Positions 1 to 13,204 of a stretch of 64,000 nucleotides of DNA are shown one piece after another. A program made the translations under genes and the position numbers. The number at the start of each line of letters is the position of its first letter. Within the stretch, counting starts at the first letter, position 1. The notes beneath the pieces are model-generated. The model saw only the letters and a program-made list of their open reading frames with translations, did no database searches and was not told the origin of the DNA. The DNA is from Camelus dromedarius (lineage: Eukaryota), in NCBI RefSeq assembly GCF_036321535.1, contig NC_087436.1:104224001-104288000 (forward strand), given 5' to 3'.

Positions 1-1265
1 AAAATGCAAAACTATAAAACTCCTCGAAGATAGCAGAAGAAAACCTAGATGACCTCAGGTATAGTGATGTCTTTTTAGATATAACACCAAAGACATGATC
101 CATGAAAGAAATAGTGACTAACCTGGCTTCATTAAAATTGAAAACCATGCTCTGCAAAAGACACATCTGATGAAGAACTGTTATTGCAGATTTACAAAGA
201 ACTCTTAAAACTCAACACTAAGAAAACAAAAAACCCAATTAAAAAGTGGGCCAAAGACCTTAACAGACACTTCACCAAATAAGACATATAGACTGATAAT
301 AAGCATATGAAAGACGTTCCACACCATATGTCACCAGGGAAATGCAAATTAAAACCACAGTGAGATACCACTACACGTCTAGTAGGATGGCCAAAATTCC
401 CAGCACTGACGACACGAAATGCTGTTGTGGGTATGGAGCAACAAGGGCTCTCATTCGCTGCTGGTGGAAGTACAGATTGGGAGAGCCATTTTGGAATATA
501 GTTTGGTGGTTTTCACGAAACTAAGCATTCTCTTACCATATGGTTCAGCAGTTGTGCTCCTTGGTTTTTACCCAAAGGAGCTGAAAACTGTGTCCACACA
601 AAAACCTACATGCAGGTGTTGACAACAGCTTTATTGATAATTGCCAAAACTTGAAAGCAACCAAGGTGTCCTTCAGTAGGTGAATGAATAAACTGTGGTA
701 CAGTCAGACAATGGATTATTCAGCACCAAAAAGAAACGAAAACTATCAAGCCATGAAAAGACATGGAGAAACCTTAAATATGTATTACTAAGTGAAAGAA
801 TCCAATCTGAAAAGGCTACAAAATATACAATTCAACTATATGACGTTCTATAAAAAGGCAAAACTATGGGGACAGAGGGGAGTTGGGGGAAAAGGGGAGG
901 ATGGAGCTAGGAGAATTTTTTTATAGCAGTGAAAACACTACCTGTTATTATACATATGTTATTATATGTTATTATAATATTATACATAACATATATGTTA
1001 TTATATGTTATGTATAATATTATACATACAAACCCATAGAAAGTACACCAAGATGAACCTTAATGGGAACATTGGACTTTGAGTGATTATGATGTGTCAG
1101 TACAAGTTCAATCAGTTGTAACAAATGTACCACTCTGGTGGAAGATGTTAATAACTGGGGAGGCTACCCATGTGTCAGGGTAGAAGGTATGAGAGATCTC
1201 TGTATCTTCCCCTCAATTTTGCTGTAAACTTAAAACTGCTCTAAAAAATCTAGTCTTAATAAAGA
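1..1265 (+). mobile_element. Old L1 (L1MB/L1MC-like), ORF2 3' end and 3'UTR
   Basis: Degenerate ORF2 C-terminus (track ORF 342..524 MQIKTTVRYH...) followed by a typical L1M 3'UTR and A-rich end. Confidence 0.85.
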
Positions 1266-1648
1266 AATATTGCTTTAGAACAGTTTGAATAATTTTAATT
1301 TATTACTTTTATTTTGTTATTTAAAAGTTGTCTTGGTTTACATTTATATTAACATAAAAGAGCAAAGTAAAATCAGTTAAAGGAAATATTTCTTTAGATA
1401 ATATATACTGCAGGCATGTATTTATACCTGAATGATTAGCTATAACTTATAAATTCCCACAGGGAATTTCATTTTAATTGCTATTCTAAATAATAATTTG
1501 TTTGTAATTGCATTTATAATCCTTCTCATTATAAATTAATAACAAATATGCTTCATGACCAAGCTAGAAAATAAATATTTTAATAAAAGGAAATCACTAA
1601 AATTCTAATTTTAGTACAGTATGCTTCCATAAGAAAGATATCTTCAGA

Positions 1649-1791
1649 GGAGTTGGGGTATAACTCAGTGGTAGACCGCATGTGTAGCATGCATGAGATC
1701 TTGGGTTCAATCCTCAGTACCTCCATTAAATAAATAAACAAATAAATAAACAAACCTAATTACCCCCCCAAAAAACCCCAAAATATATATG
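1649..1791 (+). mobile_element. tRNA-derived camelid SINE (Vic-1-like)
   Basis: A box (TAACTCAGTGG) and B box (GGTTCAATCC), TAAA-rich tail, target-site duplication TATCTTCAGA at 1639-1648 and 1792-1801. Confidence 0.85.
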
Positions 1792-2489
1792 TATCTTCAG
1801 AAAATTGTGGATAACTTAATGTTTAACTTTAGACATAGAAGAGAGTTACTAACAAAAATCTACTTTCATTTCTAGAGAAAAAAGAAAAATATATCAGAGA
1901 ATTTGAGACCTAGAAGGGACCTTAGATAAACTTCATCCATTTTTCTTATTTGTACATTAAGAAAATGAGATCTGGCCAAGTTAACTGCCTTAGCCAAAAT
2001 TACAGAAATATCTAGGGACTGAATTAGTCCTCCTAATTCCCAGTCTATGGTATTTGGTTTCAATAGTTTTTAGTGTAATTTATTCATATAAAATGAAGGA
2101 AATACATAGATAGAAGAGTCAAAATTACAACATAATGTTATAATGATAAGGGACAATTTTATATTAGTATTTTAAATTTATTCTATAAAACACACAAGCA
2201 TTTATAAAATACAACAATTGCCAACAATATAATAGGATATTTTAAGAGTACCTTGTATAAGCTCTGACAATATTGATATTTAAGAGTAATAAGTTATGAT
2301 TATAAAAAGCAATCTCTGAAAAACAAGATAAAGCAAATTTTCAGCATCAGAGAATATTTAAATTTTAGTATATGTATTTATTTGGTGTTTTATGCAGACT
2401 TAAACTATCTTTTTAACTAAAGGAAAAAGGAAATGTACTCTCAGGAAATCAAAGAACGCACAGAACACTTCTAACATTTTACAGTTAAT

Positions 2490-3800
2490 TATTCATTGAG
2501 CATTTACATGGGCCTACCATTTCTAGTCACTGTTCAAGATATTGACATTAGAGTTGATGAAGAAAAAAAAAATTCCTGTCCTTAGGTACTCAATCTAGAA
2601 AGGGAGACAGCCAAATACAGTAAGAGGTATGATATATGATTCTCTGTCTTTAGGTCATTGCTCCTGTCCTCATTATGGTGGGAGAAAAGAAGAAGGAAGT
2701 ATCTAACTGTGGCAGTGATGGAGCTGGGAGAAGACAAAGTAAGGAGAAGTCAGGAAGTCTTCTCAGAAAAGGTGATGGAACAAGCTACACATGAAAGAAG
2801 TGCAGAAGTATCTAAGAAGACAAAAGTCTGAGAAAGTTTTTTCAGGGAGAGAACAGCATGGTGGGAAGAGAGACAATACAGCATCTCTTGGATGACCACA
2901 AACACACTGAGGTAAAGATTACGCCTTTTCTTTTAGACATCAGCAGTCTGATACACTTCAGAGCATGTACTGGAGTTCTGCAGGCAACTGAGAATAAAAC
3001 TTTTAGGCTTAAGTTTGGTTGAAAACAGAATTGAAGCCATTAGGTAAGAGGGACTTGTGGATGAGATAGTCCAGGGAAAATGCATAGAATCAAAAGAGGA
3101 TCAAAATGGAATTCTGAATTCTTCAAAGGTGTGAAGATCATGAAATAAAGAAAAGAATGGGGAACTGTCAAAGGTTAAGGAGACAAAACAATTCAATGCA
3201 ATGTGGGATACTGACTGGATTCTAAAACAATAAAGAAATGACATTAAGGAGAAAAAAATGGAATTCTGAGAAATTCAAGCACTTACGGTACAGCAGAGGA
3301 ACTCAAATACAGACTTGAAAAAAAAAGAGAAGAAAAAGAGGGAAAGAACAACTAAGAAAACATGGTGATTAAAGACCAAGAATATTTCAAGGACAGAGTA
3401 GACAACAGGATCAAATGCGGTAGATGTAAAGACTAGAATGTGTCCATGGTTCCTCGGTAACTTTACTAGGACAGTTCCGGGCATGTAGTGGGGTGTACGC
3501 CAGACTGGCAGACTGAGTGACTGATGAAATTAAGGAAGCAGGAGCATCCAGCATAGACTTTTCTTTCACAAGGTTTAGCTGTAAAAGTAGAGGAGGCAAG
3601 AACAGGTGTGATGTAACTAGGTTTACAGATTTGGTGGAAGGAATTAAAATGAGTTTCTTCTAAAGACTTCTGTTTCCTCTGGATAGGAGAAGGTGAGATC
3701 GTTTGCTAACATTCTGAGAAGAAGTGGTGAGGAGAGTGAAGGCCGGAAACAGGCATTGTGAAGACTAGATGAGCTGACCAGAAAGATCTAGGAAGCATTG
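2490..3800 (-). mobile_element. Fragmented L2 LINE
   Basis: Starts with an L2 3'-end-like antisense motif (ATTCATTGAGCATTTAC...), then a purine-rich degenerate L2 body; boundaries approximate. Confidence 0.55.
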
Positions 3801-5149
3801 TTGTAGCCTTTGAGGTGAGGTTGTGGAGAACCTTATTATGAAATCATTAAAGAAAATGTTAAATGTTACTACTCATCTTGGCTATTCTCTCAGTAAGCAA
3901 GAACGTAGAATAAAGTGTAACAAAATTTTCTGTCTTCACTTACTCAGCAAACTGAAATTAAGGCAAAAAAATTAAATATGAATATGGATATTTTGATATA
4001 CACCTAGAGATTGGTAGAAAATAATGTAAAAGCAATCCTTTTAAAAATCACATACTTTCTTAAAAAGAGAAAAATAATCACAGATAATGTTCTAGTGAAA
4101 GTACCAAATGAACTAACTGCTAGGAACTTAAAGCATTATATCCCAAGTCTTTCCATTGAGATTTAATTTTAAAAATGGCTTTATGGGTATGAAATGTGAA
4201 ATATTCCATTTATCTAACTCCTCAATTAGGATGCATTTGTATGTGTAGTTTATTTTAACTGATTGAAAAGTAACTGAACAAAAATTTCTGATAATGTATT
4301 CTTCAAAAAAAGTATTCTTCCTTTTTTCCTCCCTTCCCTTCCCCCTCTAAAGTACCACCTACAACAATTATTTTGGAACTGCTACAGTTTGTTCAGGTCA
4401 CACTTTACAGCTGAAAATAAGTGTAAGTGACGAAGTGATTCAATAAAATCAAGATTGCCTTTCTGATAATATTAATTTCTATTTACATATCTATTTACAG
4501 ATCTCACCTTGTCCTATAATGTAATTACATATTTGTCATTTTGCCTACAGAAAATTAAGATAACTATTAGCTGCAGATTTCAAGTGTAAAAACTGCCTTT
4601 AAACATTATAATAACAATCATTATCCAAGATTACTGCTTTCACTCTACAGTGATATTTCTGGAAAAATTCTAAATCTGTTTTTGAAATGGTAGTTGTTAG
4701 TTCCTCTGCAGAGACAGGATTTCTTAACCTAGCTCCTGAGTGAAGCTGGCAGGTCATCTACACAGTAGATCAGGACAAGACTTGCCACTTGTACAAGAAT
4801 TGATACAGTCACAAAAAATACTCAACATACATTCAAATCTGTTTTGTAAACTGTTACTTTTAAAATGTCCCTACAAAAATTCAGCAGTATAATTTGGTTT
4901 AAAACTGCTCTAAAATAAATGACAAAGTTTAGTCTTTCAAAAAGGAATTAGGTGATTTTTGACTGTGCTGTTCACAGAGGGAGATTTAAAATGCTCTTTC
5001 TTTCATACACATATAGGCATGCATGCATATGTAATTTGCAAAGGTTAAGTGTGTAGTCTTTATAATAGATGTTAATAATGTTTGATTTTCTTAAAAAACT
5101 GCATTATTATAAATTATAATTAATTTATAACATAATTACATGTAATATG

Positions 5150-5400
5150 TAATTATTATTGCTACCATTAATGGTGACCAGTTATCTCAGGTACTGTGTT
5201 AATAAAAGACTCATACAGATTTCATTTAACTCTCACAACTACTCTGTGATATAAATATTATTAACCATATTTAAGTATGGGAAAGTTGAAATTTGAAGAA
5301 ACTTTGCTCACTCAATGAGTTACTTCAAATAAGTCGGGGGAGCTAGGAGTTGAAACCAGGTCATATGATTCCAAACAAAACCCACATTTTTAACCACTAG
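5150..5400 (-). mobile_element. MIR SINE
   Basis: MIR core-like text (TCATTTAACTCTCACAACTACTCTGTGA...GGAGTTGAAACCAGGTC...TTAACCACTA). Confidence 0.65.
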
Positions 5401-6061
5401 GCTAGGGAACTGTTAGTTTGCTATTTATTAAAATCTTCACACAGATGACTCAAAGGACCAATAAGCTTATGCAAAAAAAAAAAAGACACCCTAAAATATT
5501 TCAAAAAGAATCTAGGTCTTATATATTTTTTCTTTATTGATCTATTACCTACCTGTTGGTGATTTCTCTTCGTATTCATTATATTCCCTAAAATAAAATG
5601 TTCTTATACTTACAAAAATAACAATCCCACATAATCTGCCAACTTTTAGTACCATAAAAATAGTGTATATTTCGAAAGTAACTGCAGAGACAAAGTACTC
5701 ATTTACATATACCGAGTTGCCCATCTTTATTTCTCCCGATTCTAACATTCCAATTCTATCATACACCTTCACTGATCTAAGCTGGTGGACTCCACTTCTT
5801 AAAGTGTTACTTGTTGTTCTGTTGTATGTATAGGTTCACAGTATCCAAACAATTATTAATAACAAAAACTTCTATGTTAAGCACACAGTGATTTAATTAG
5901 ATGTTAATCTTGTCTTAGAACTCTATTCAACTATAACGAATTTGACAATTAAAAAGGGGATAAATACTAAACTAAGAAAAAAAGTATTTCCATTTTGAAT
6001 AAAGGGTCTTTGAAAAATAAATACCAATAGCTCAAATTGGGCCCATCCGTTTTCTCCTTAC

Positions 6062-6174
6062 CTCAGGTTGACTGGAAATATTCAAAATGAGAGCCCACAG
6101 TTCAGCTCTCAGCGCTGTGGGGCTTCCTTGCCTGACATACTGCTGAGCGGCAGCACTATCTTGCTCTGCTAGAA
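6062..6174 (-). CDS. TBC1D19: TBC1D19 coding exon 11 (113 nt), around the start of the Rab-GAP TBC domain
   Basis: gacag|TT CTA GCA GAG...CAA CCT GAG|gtaagg = (V)LAEQDSAAAQQYVRQGSPTALRAELWALILNISSQPE; contains the TBC-type RxGxPxxLRxxxW motif. Confidence 0.96.
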
Positions 6175-7716
6175 CTGTCAAAAGTGTATTAAAATCTCAT
6201 TAGGAAATTCATAATGTAAGATATAACACTGAAATATTTCATTAAAAATCTTTTGGGAAGCTAACATTTTATCTTTACATCGAACATACTTACATCACAC
6301 CTTTTACTCCCTGAACTTTGATGTGGCCTTATTTACAGCCCTGTAAGTTTTAAGCCTTAAGCTCTTCCACCTCCTACCCAACCCAGGGAAAGTTTTTAAA
6401 GCAGGTATCTTGAGATGACTTTGCTTTAACTATAGTTCCATGGATCTGAAACTAGTTTTGCATATATGTAATAATTTTTGGACTCCATGACCAAGTAAGG
6501 TCATATCTACAGAAACCGTGTATTTCTTATGTGTATTCTATCTACTAAGTCATGAATGTTCTAGTAGTTGGAAGTAGTACATTATTTGAAGTATTATGGC
6601 TAAGAGTTATAAAGGATGTAGATATCCATCCTATTAGATTTTTTTTAGCTTTTTGCCAAAATCAACAGAAAAGAGGGATTTTTAAAGAAGTAAAAACAAA
6701 AAAGATCTGACAATCTTTTACGAAGGCCAAAAATTGTTCACAGTCAGGTTCACAAAATTAATATATTATCCTTTTGCTTTCATTTTCATTTTCATGACAA
6801 TACTAGCTATTAAATCTGGAAATTAAGCACCCCCCCAAACAAACAAAACAAAACAAAAAACCCCACAAAAGAAGGCAAACTAGACAACTGCTGATATTTG
6901 TCTAACAATATTGTTTTCCTATATTTTTTTAAAAGAAAAGGGAAAAAAAAATCTTTCACTAAATGAAAATGATAAGACCAAAAGAAATAAAAGGACCATA
7001 TGAAATAAAAAGAGATGAAACATATTCTTCAATTTGCAACTGTGTTTAATGAAAATATCGAATCATAAAATGAAGTCTTTGAAATAAATAAAATTCTGAA
7101 AAACTGAACCAGGGAGTTTAGAACATGATAATATAATTGCCACAGAAAGTTCATTCTGATACAAAGACTTATCTGCATTTCATATTTCAAAGGCAAAACA
7201 GGATTTATAAAAACAAGGAAAAGAATCTTCAAAAGATGGGGAAAATTTATTCTCCAGAACGCTAAGAGCTGCTTCAATTACTAACTCCTGCCATTGTGAA
7301 CAGACATCAGGAAGTGAGACAGTTATTATTTTCTCCTGATGCAGAAGCATATTCCTATTAACACTAATAAGAAGTGTGTGAGCACATCAAAGAGAGAACC
7401 TGCCTCTTTGATTTTAAAATGAAATTCTACCGTTGAACGGATTAAGCTAACTTCCTTGAGGAATGTGTGCCTGCATTTATTTCCTTTTAGTGAACCATCT
7501 GTGTACTGCTTTATCTAACATTTATTGGAAAAGCCAAAATGATGCATTTCCCCTCTTTATTAAGGTTCCCATTGTCTTATCTACATCGTTAAATATTATT
7601 CCTTTTTAGGTTTTTAGCTTTTCAGAGATTAAATTTCAGTTGAGGGTATACTATGCAGACATTTACTTAGGACTGTCTCATTTTCAGAAATTATAGTAAG
7701 CAAATCAAAAGCTTAC

Positions 7717-7755
7717 CTTTTTGCCCAATACGTACATGCTCATTTTCAAAAAGTT
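7717..7755 (-). CDS. TBC1D19: TBC1D19 coding exon 10 (39 nt)
   Basis: tttag|AA CTT TTT...CAA AAA G|gtaagc = (E)LFENEHVRIGQK(V). Confidence 0.93.
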
Positions 7756-8229
7756 CTAAAAATGATAAAATAAAATAATCAGACACAAATATGATCAGCC
7801 ACATTTAGAACAGTATTATCTATTTTTCTCTGGTATTGACACTTAATTATTTTCAAAGCTGAATGGCTCTATAGGAAACTATAAGAATATTTCTCTTTAC
7901 ATGTAGAAAAATCTTTTTTTTAAATTGTTTAGTTTGTAGAAATTAAAAGGAAGTTAAGCACATTTAATTAGAAGAAAAAACGTATAAATGCCTTTCCTTT
8001 GTTCAAATAATACAGAGTATCTTCTCACAACACAAATTTTTCTGTCCAATCATCTTTGATTTTTTTTTTCCCTAAAAACTAAACCTGTTGACAGCTTCAT
8101 TTGCAAATCCCTACTTCTACTCTAATCTACCATGAAAGCATATCTAATAAAAGCCTTAACACTATATAGGTAAAATCCCAGTATACAAATGCCATTTAAA
8201 AAGATTATGTGGGAGAAGCAGATTTGTTT

Positions 8230-8803
8230 CCTAAGTGCTAATCATAATGAAAAAAACCTCATAAACTGGATTACATTAAAACCAAAAACTTTCTGTTCAT
8301 CAAAAGACACTATTGAGAGTGAAAAAGTAAGTCAGAGAGAGGGAGAAAATATTTTATAATACGTATATCCAGCAAAAGACTTATATTCAGAACAGATAAA
8401 GCACAGGTAAGTCACAAATAGGCAGAAGATGTGAACAGGTCCTTTACAAAAGGGGTGATCCAAAGGACCAATGAACACACGAACAGATGTTCAACCACAT
8501 TAATCAACAGAGAAGTGCAATTAAAACCATTATGAAATGCGCACTCACCACAATGGCTAAAATGAAAAAGACCAAGAATTTTAAATGTAAAGAAAATGGA
8601 GCAAATAAGCTTCTCGTACAAAGGTGGTGGAGTGTAAATTAGTACAATCACCTTGGAAAACTGTTTGGCAACATCTACTAACACTGACTATATGCACACC
8701 CTAGGACAGTCAGCAGCACATCACTGTCAGGTGTACACCCTAATGTGTACCGATGTGCACCAAGAGACTTATACAAGAATATTCACAGCAGCGCTACTGA
8801 TTC
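8230..8803 (+). mobile_element. Old L1 (L1ME-like) ORF2 3' fragment
   Basis: Degenerate ORF2 C-terminal sequence (ATTAAAACCAAAAACTTTCTG...AGAGAAGTGCAATTAAAACC); interrupted at a TA by a Tigger element. Confidence 0.75.
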
Positions 8804-8805
8804 TA

Positions 8806-9775
8806 CAGTCCACCCTCCATATTTGTGGGTTCCACATCGTGGCTTCAGCCAACTGCAGATTGAAAATACTTGAAAAAAAATTCCAGAAAGTTCCAAAAAG
8901 CAAAACTTGAATTTGCTGCATGCCAAGCACTACACTGAATCTGCAACAGTGAACTGATGTGCTGGCAGTCCCTCCTGTAATCTCCCACCACTTCCTGGAC
9001 CCTCAGCCTCTCTCCAGCACTTGTGTTGAGTGTTGTTTACCTTGTGTCTCGCTCATGCATTGCTTACGTTGTGTGCGCCCATTGTTTCTGTGAAAAATGG
9101 CTCCTAAAGAGCAATCAAGTGGTCAAAACAATCCAGCAAAAACTAAGAGGGAGCATAAAGTGCTATCTCTCAATAAGAAAATAAAAATCTTAGATCTTCT
9201 GTAAAAGTGGCATATTGCTTGCCAAGGTGGGCTATAAGATTGGTAAGAACAAATCAAGCATTTGCAAAACAAAGTAGAAAGAAGCTGAAATTTGTGGAAG
9301 TGTTAGTGCTGCCCCAACAACAGCAAAAATGGTCTCTGGTTTGTGACCAAGTGCTTGCAAAGTCTGAGAAGGCATCAGGTGTGTGGCTGGAGGATGTCAC
9401 AGAAGCATATATATCCTTGTTAATGGCAAAATTATGTGTGAGAAAGCACTTAGTCTCTTCGAGCACTACCGCAAGGCGGGCACAGAAGAACGCAGGAGTT
9501 CGATTAAGTCTAGTAAGGATCAGCATTCTTCCACAGTAAGGGATGGCTGGCTAGTTATGTAAAGTGCTGCAGCCGTAAGAACTTAAAGATCACGGGAGAA
9601 TCAGCAGTGACTGATGCCAAGGCAGCTGCAGCATTCCCGGAAGAGCTCAAAAAATTTATAGAAGAGAAAGGCTACCCTCCAGAGCAAATCTTCAATTGTG
9701 ATGAAACGGGCTTGTTCTGGAAGAAGATGCCCAATCGTACCTTCATCCATAAGGGGGACAAGCGGGCCCCAGTGT
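8806..9775 (+). mobile_element. TcMar-Tigger/pogo DNA transposon, left half with transposase remnant
   Basis: TA then MER2-like terminus CAGTCCACCCTCCATAT; ATG 9097 gives MAPKEQ...KREHKVLSLNKKIKILDLL* (CENP-B-type HTH); 9541-9777 reads GWLASYVK...ITGES...EEKGYPPEQIFNCDETGLFWKKMPNRTFI (pogo DDE motif). Confidence 0.9.
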
Positions 9776-11905
9776 GAGATCTGGACATGAGGGAGAAGGA
9801 GACCTGTCCTGGGCTAAGGTTTTAATGGTTTTCTAGAAAGAAAGCCTATTCTGTGATATCCAGGTTTAGCCCAGCTAAATATAAAGTGGTACTGTACTTC
9901 TAGTTTCCATTTGTTACTATTTTCAGTGTTAGTTTTTCAGATTAAAAAATTATCCATAAAGCTGCTTTTACTAAATAGAATATTTGAATCAAAGTATCCT
10001 ATTCTTTCAGTTTATTCTATTCCTAATGGCTCTGAAGTAATTAGTGAGCAGATTATATCATGATGAAATTAAGTGCTTGGGGTTCCAGCCAAAATACAAT
10101 CATTTTCTATCACTAAAGTACTTGAATATATTTATTTTAAAGACTGCATATAAAATAACAATACCAGTTTCATTTTAATTAGCTCTGATTGCCGAGACAA
10201 TAACCAAAGAATCAAAAGTCATCAGCCAATTCCTGTCTCTTATAAAAGTGGACAAAACTACTGAATGCTTAGTGTTGTATTACTGAAAGTAGTATGAAAT
10301 TAAGACTCCTCTACAGAATTTATTCAGTTACATGAAATATAATGATTTTTCTAAGTGCTGTTTTCTATAGTCCAAGAATAAGAAGCCCAAAGAAGTCAGA
10401 TTTGCAATATACACTCTGTGTTACTCAAAGAACACTCTGAGGACCACTATATTAATAGATACATCTATATTAATAGATCTTGCTTGGGAAAAAAAGATCC
10501 CTAGTGAAATGAGTTGGGGAGAGGCTGCACTAGAAGTTAATTTAGGACTTCCCACAGTCTTTAAGACAGGAACATACACTGTGTATCTTAAAAAGGTATA
10601 TGGTACAGACTTTCCCAAACCTTATTTGACAACAAAGGCAACGATGCCCTCTTTTTCACAGGGCGTCTATCTGATGCACGCTTCATGGACACACTTCAGG
10701 TGAAGATTGTTTTTTTTCTTTTAGAAATAAGCTGTAGAAAATGTCTATTTAGCAGAACCCTCATTTAATATGATTCATTATTATATATAGCAGACATCAG
10801 TATCAGATATATGACCCCCTCCTTTTCATAAAGCCTTATGGAAGAATGCTGATCCTTTTAACATAGACCTTATAAATGCTTTCTGTAGAAAGTTTGTGTA
10901 CATATGCATGTGTGTGTATGTGTGTATTTAAAATAAATGCATATGCACAAGAGTTTGTAGGAATAATGAATATATTTAATGGCTCTTTTATTATTGTTAA
11001 ATAAGGATTCTATATTACAAAGGTAAGAACTTTTCTCCTGATTTTTACATAAGGCTGTTAAGTTAGTAAGTGAGGAATGTACTTCAAATACAAAAATTGA
11101 ATAATAGTATTTATAAAACATAGGTAACATAGATTTTTAAAGATGAGTAAGAAGAATATAGTTCCATTAAGTAACTCTTAATCCCAAATAGAAAACTGGC
11201 CTCTAGCCAAACACAAGTATTAGCAACATTTTCAAACATTAAGCATTACACTTCTAGTTTAACCAAAGCCATAGTCATTGACTAAGAAAAATAAGTAACA
11301 GTGAATTATAGGCAAAAGTAGTTACATGTGACTCCATTCTTTCCAAGTAATACTGTTAACTAGCAATTCTCAAGTCAGGCAAAAATCCTAGTGCTAAACC
11401 ACTAAAAAAAAATCTCATTGGATAAATACCAATTTAACCCAATTTTTAGTAGTCCTGCTTTGAGATGTAAAGAGAGCAAAAATAATTGCACCAACTAAAG
11501 AGATTATCAACCTCCTATATAGGCAGACTTGTGTTCTTTTCTCTGCTCCAACTGCCTCTTATAATAGGAATAGCAAATGCCAAATTGATTGTTATCTAAA
11601 TCTTATTTTCTGCACTATCATTCCTAAGAGCAAAAATTATGTCATATTTATGTATTCACTAGTGCTTGGCCCTTAGTAGGGTCTCACATTTGTTGTATTA
11701 TGAGTGAATCAAAGAATTATACTCTAAATTAAGGGGGAAAATAGGTTTTCTAAAGCATAGCTACTATTAGATTTAGAATAATTTTAAATAATTCTTAAGA
11801 GTTGTTTCCAAAGTGAAAAACATGATTATCATACAAGGCTGTGTATTTCCTTTCCTTTTTATTATGCATTGCTATCACTGGCCATGAATAGAAATATAAG
11901 GTATT

Positions 11906-12258
11906 TGTCTTACTTTGTTCAGGCTGCTATAACAAATTATCCAGAGGCTGGGCAGCTTATAAACAACAGAAATTCATACTTCACACTTCCGGAGGTTAGA
12001 AGTCCAAGTTCAGGGTGCCAGTATGGTTGGGTTCTGGTGAAGGCCCTCTTCTGGGTTTCAGACTGCCAACTTTCTGCTATGTTCTCACATGGTGGAAGGG
12101 GCTAGAAAGCTCTTTTACAAAGACACGAATCAAACTCATGAGGGCTCTGCCCTTGACCTAACTACTTTCCAAAGGCCTTACCTCCTAATACCATCACCTT
12201 GGGGATTAGGACTTCAACATACGAATTTTAGGGGGACACAAACATTTAAACTGTAGTA
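11906..12258 (-). mobile_element. MaLR solo LTR (MLT1A-like)
   Basis: GGCTGCTATAACAAA...AACAACAGAAATT...GGGGGACACAAACATT, characteristic of MLT1A antisense. Confidence 0.85.
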
Positions 12259-12504
12259 ATATCTTATTCTATAAGATATCTGATATCTTCTTATAAAATA
12301 AGAAAAGACTATCAAAAAGGGCAGGAACGGGGGCAGTATATAACAGCAGGCTTTGGAGGCAAGCTGCTTAGTCTTGAATGTTGGTTCTATCACTTACTAG
12401 CTTTGTGACCTTGGCTAAGTTACTTAACACCTCCACTTGTTCAACTTTAAAATGGTAGTAATACTTCTACCTCACATTATATGAGAAATTAAAATCATAG
12501 TTCA

Positions 12505-13204
12505 ATACCACTATCTACCACTAAAATGACTAAAACAAAGGAGCTGGAACACACCAAGGATTAGCAAGCATGGAGAGCAACCACCACTTAGAGACATTGT
12601 TGGTGGAAGTGTAAACTGGTACTTCTACCACTTTTCAAAGTTCTTTGGCAGTTATCTACTAAAGCTGAACTTTTGTAAACCCTAGGACTGAGAAATTACA
12701 TTCCCAGGTGTATACTCAACAAAAGGGTGCCCATATGTTCACTGAAAGACATAGTAGGATGTTCATAGCAGCTTTATTTTTAATAGCCCTAAGCTTGAAA
12801 CTGCCCAAATGCCCATCAACAGTAAAATGAATAAATAAATTTGTGATATATGAACTCAGTGGAGCATGATAATGGAAAAAAAAGATCTTCAAATACATAC
12901 AACAATATGGCTGAATCGCATAAATATAATGTTGAACAAAAGAAGCCAAACATCAAAGAGTGCATACCATATGCTTCCACTCACAGAAGTTCAAGAAATG
13001 ACAAAACTACTCTATGCTGCTAGAAATCAAAATAGTAGTTATTTCTGACATAGAAGATAAAGACTGAAAGAGTGTAGAAGGGGGCTTCAGTTTATTGATC
13101 TGGTGGTACTTTAACAGGTATGTACAGTTCATAAAAATTCATTAAGCCATTTTCTTATGATATATGTACTTTTCTATATGCATTATGCATTAATAAAGCT
13201 TTTT
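12505..13204 (+). mobile_element. Old L1M 3' end inserted in a MIR
   Basis: Degenerate ORF2 end and 3'UTR ending at AATAAA; MIR halves at about 12335-12500 and 14530-14620. Confidence 0.7.

Noticed and set aside
1649..1730. tRNA-like sequences here, at about 34450-34526 and at about 30020-30090
   Set aside because: These are SINE heads followed by SINE bodies or tails, not intact tRNA genes.
9207..9539. 110-aa ORF as a possible domesticated transposase (TIGD-like) gene
   Set aside because: The transposase has stops and frameshifts and ends soon after the first catalytic Asp.
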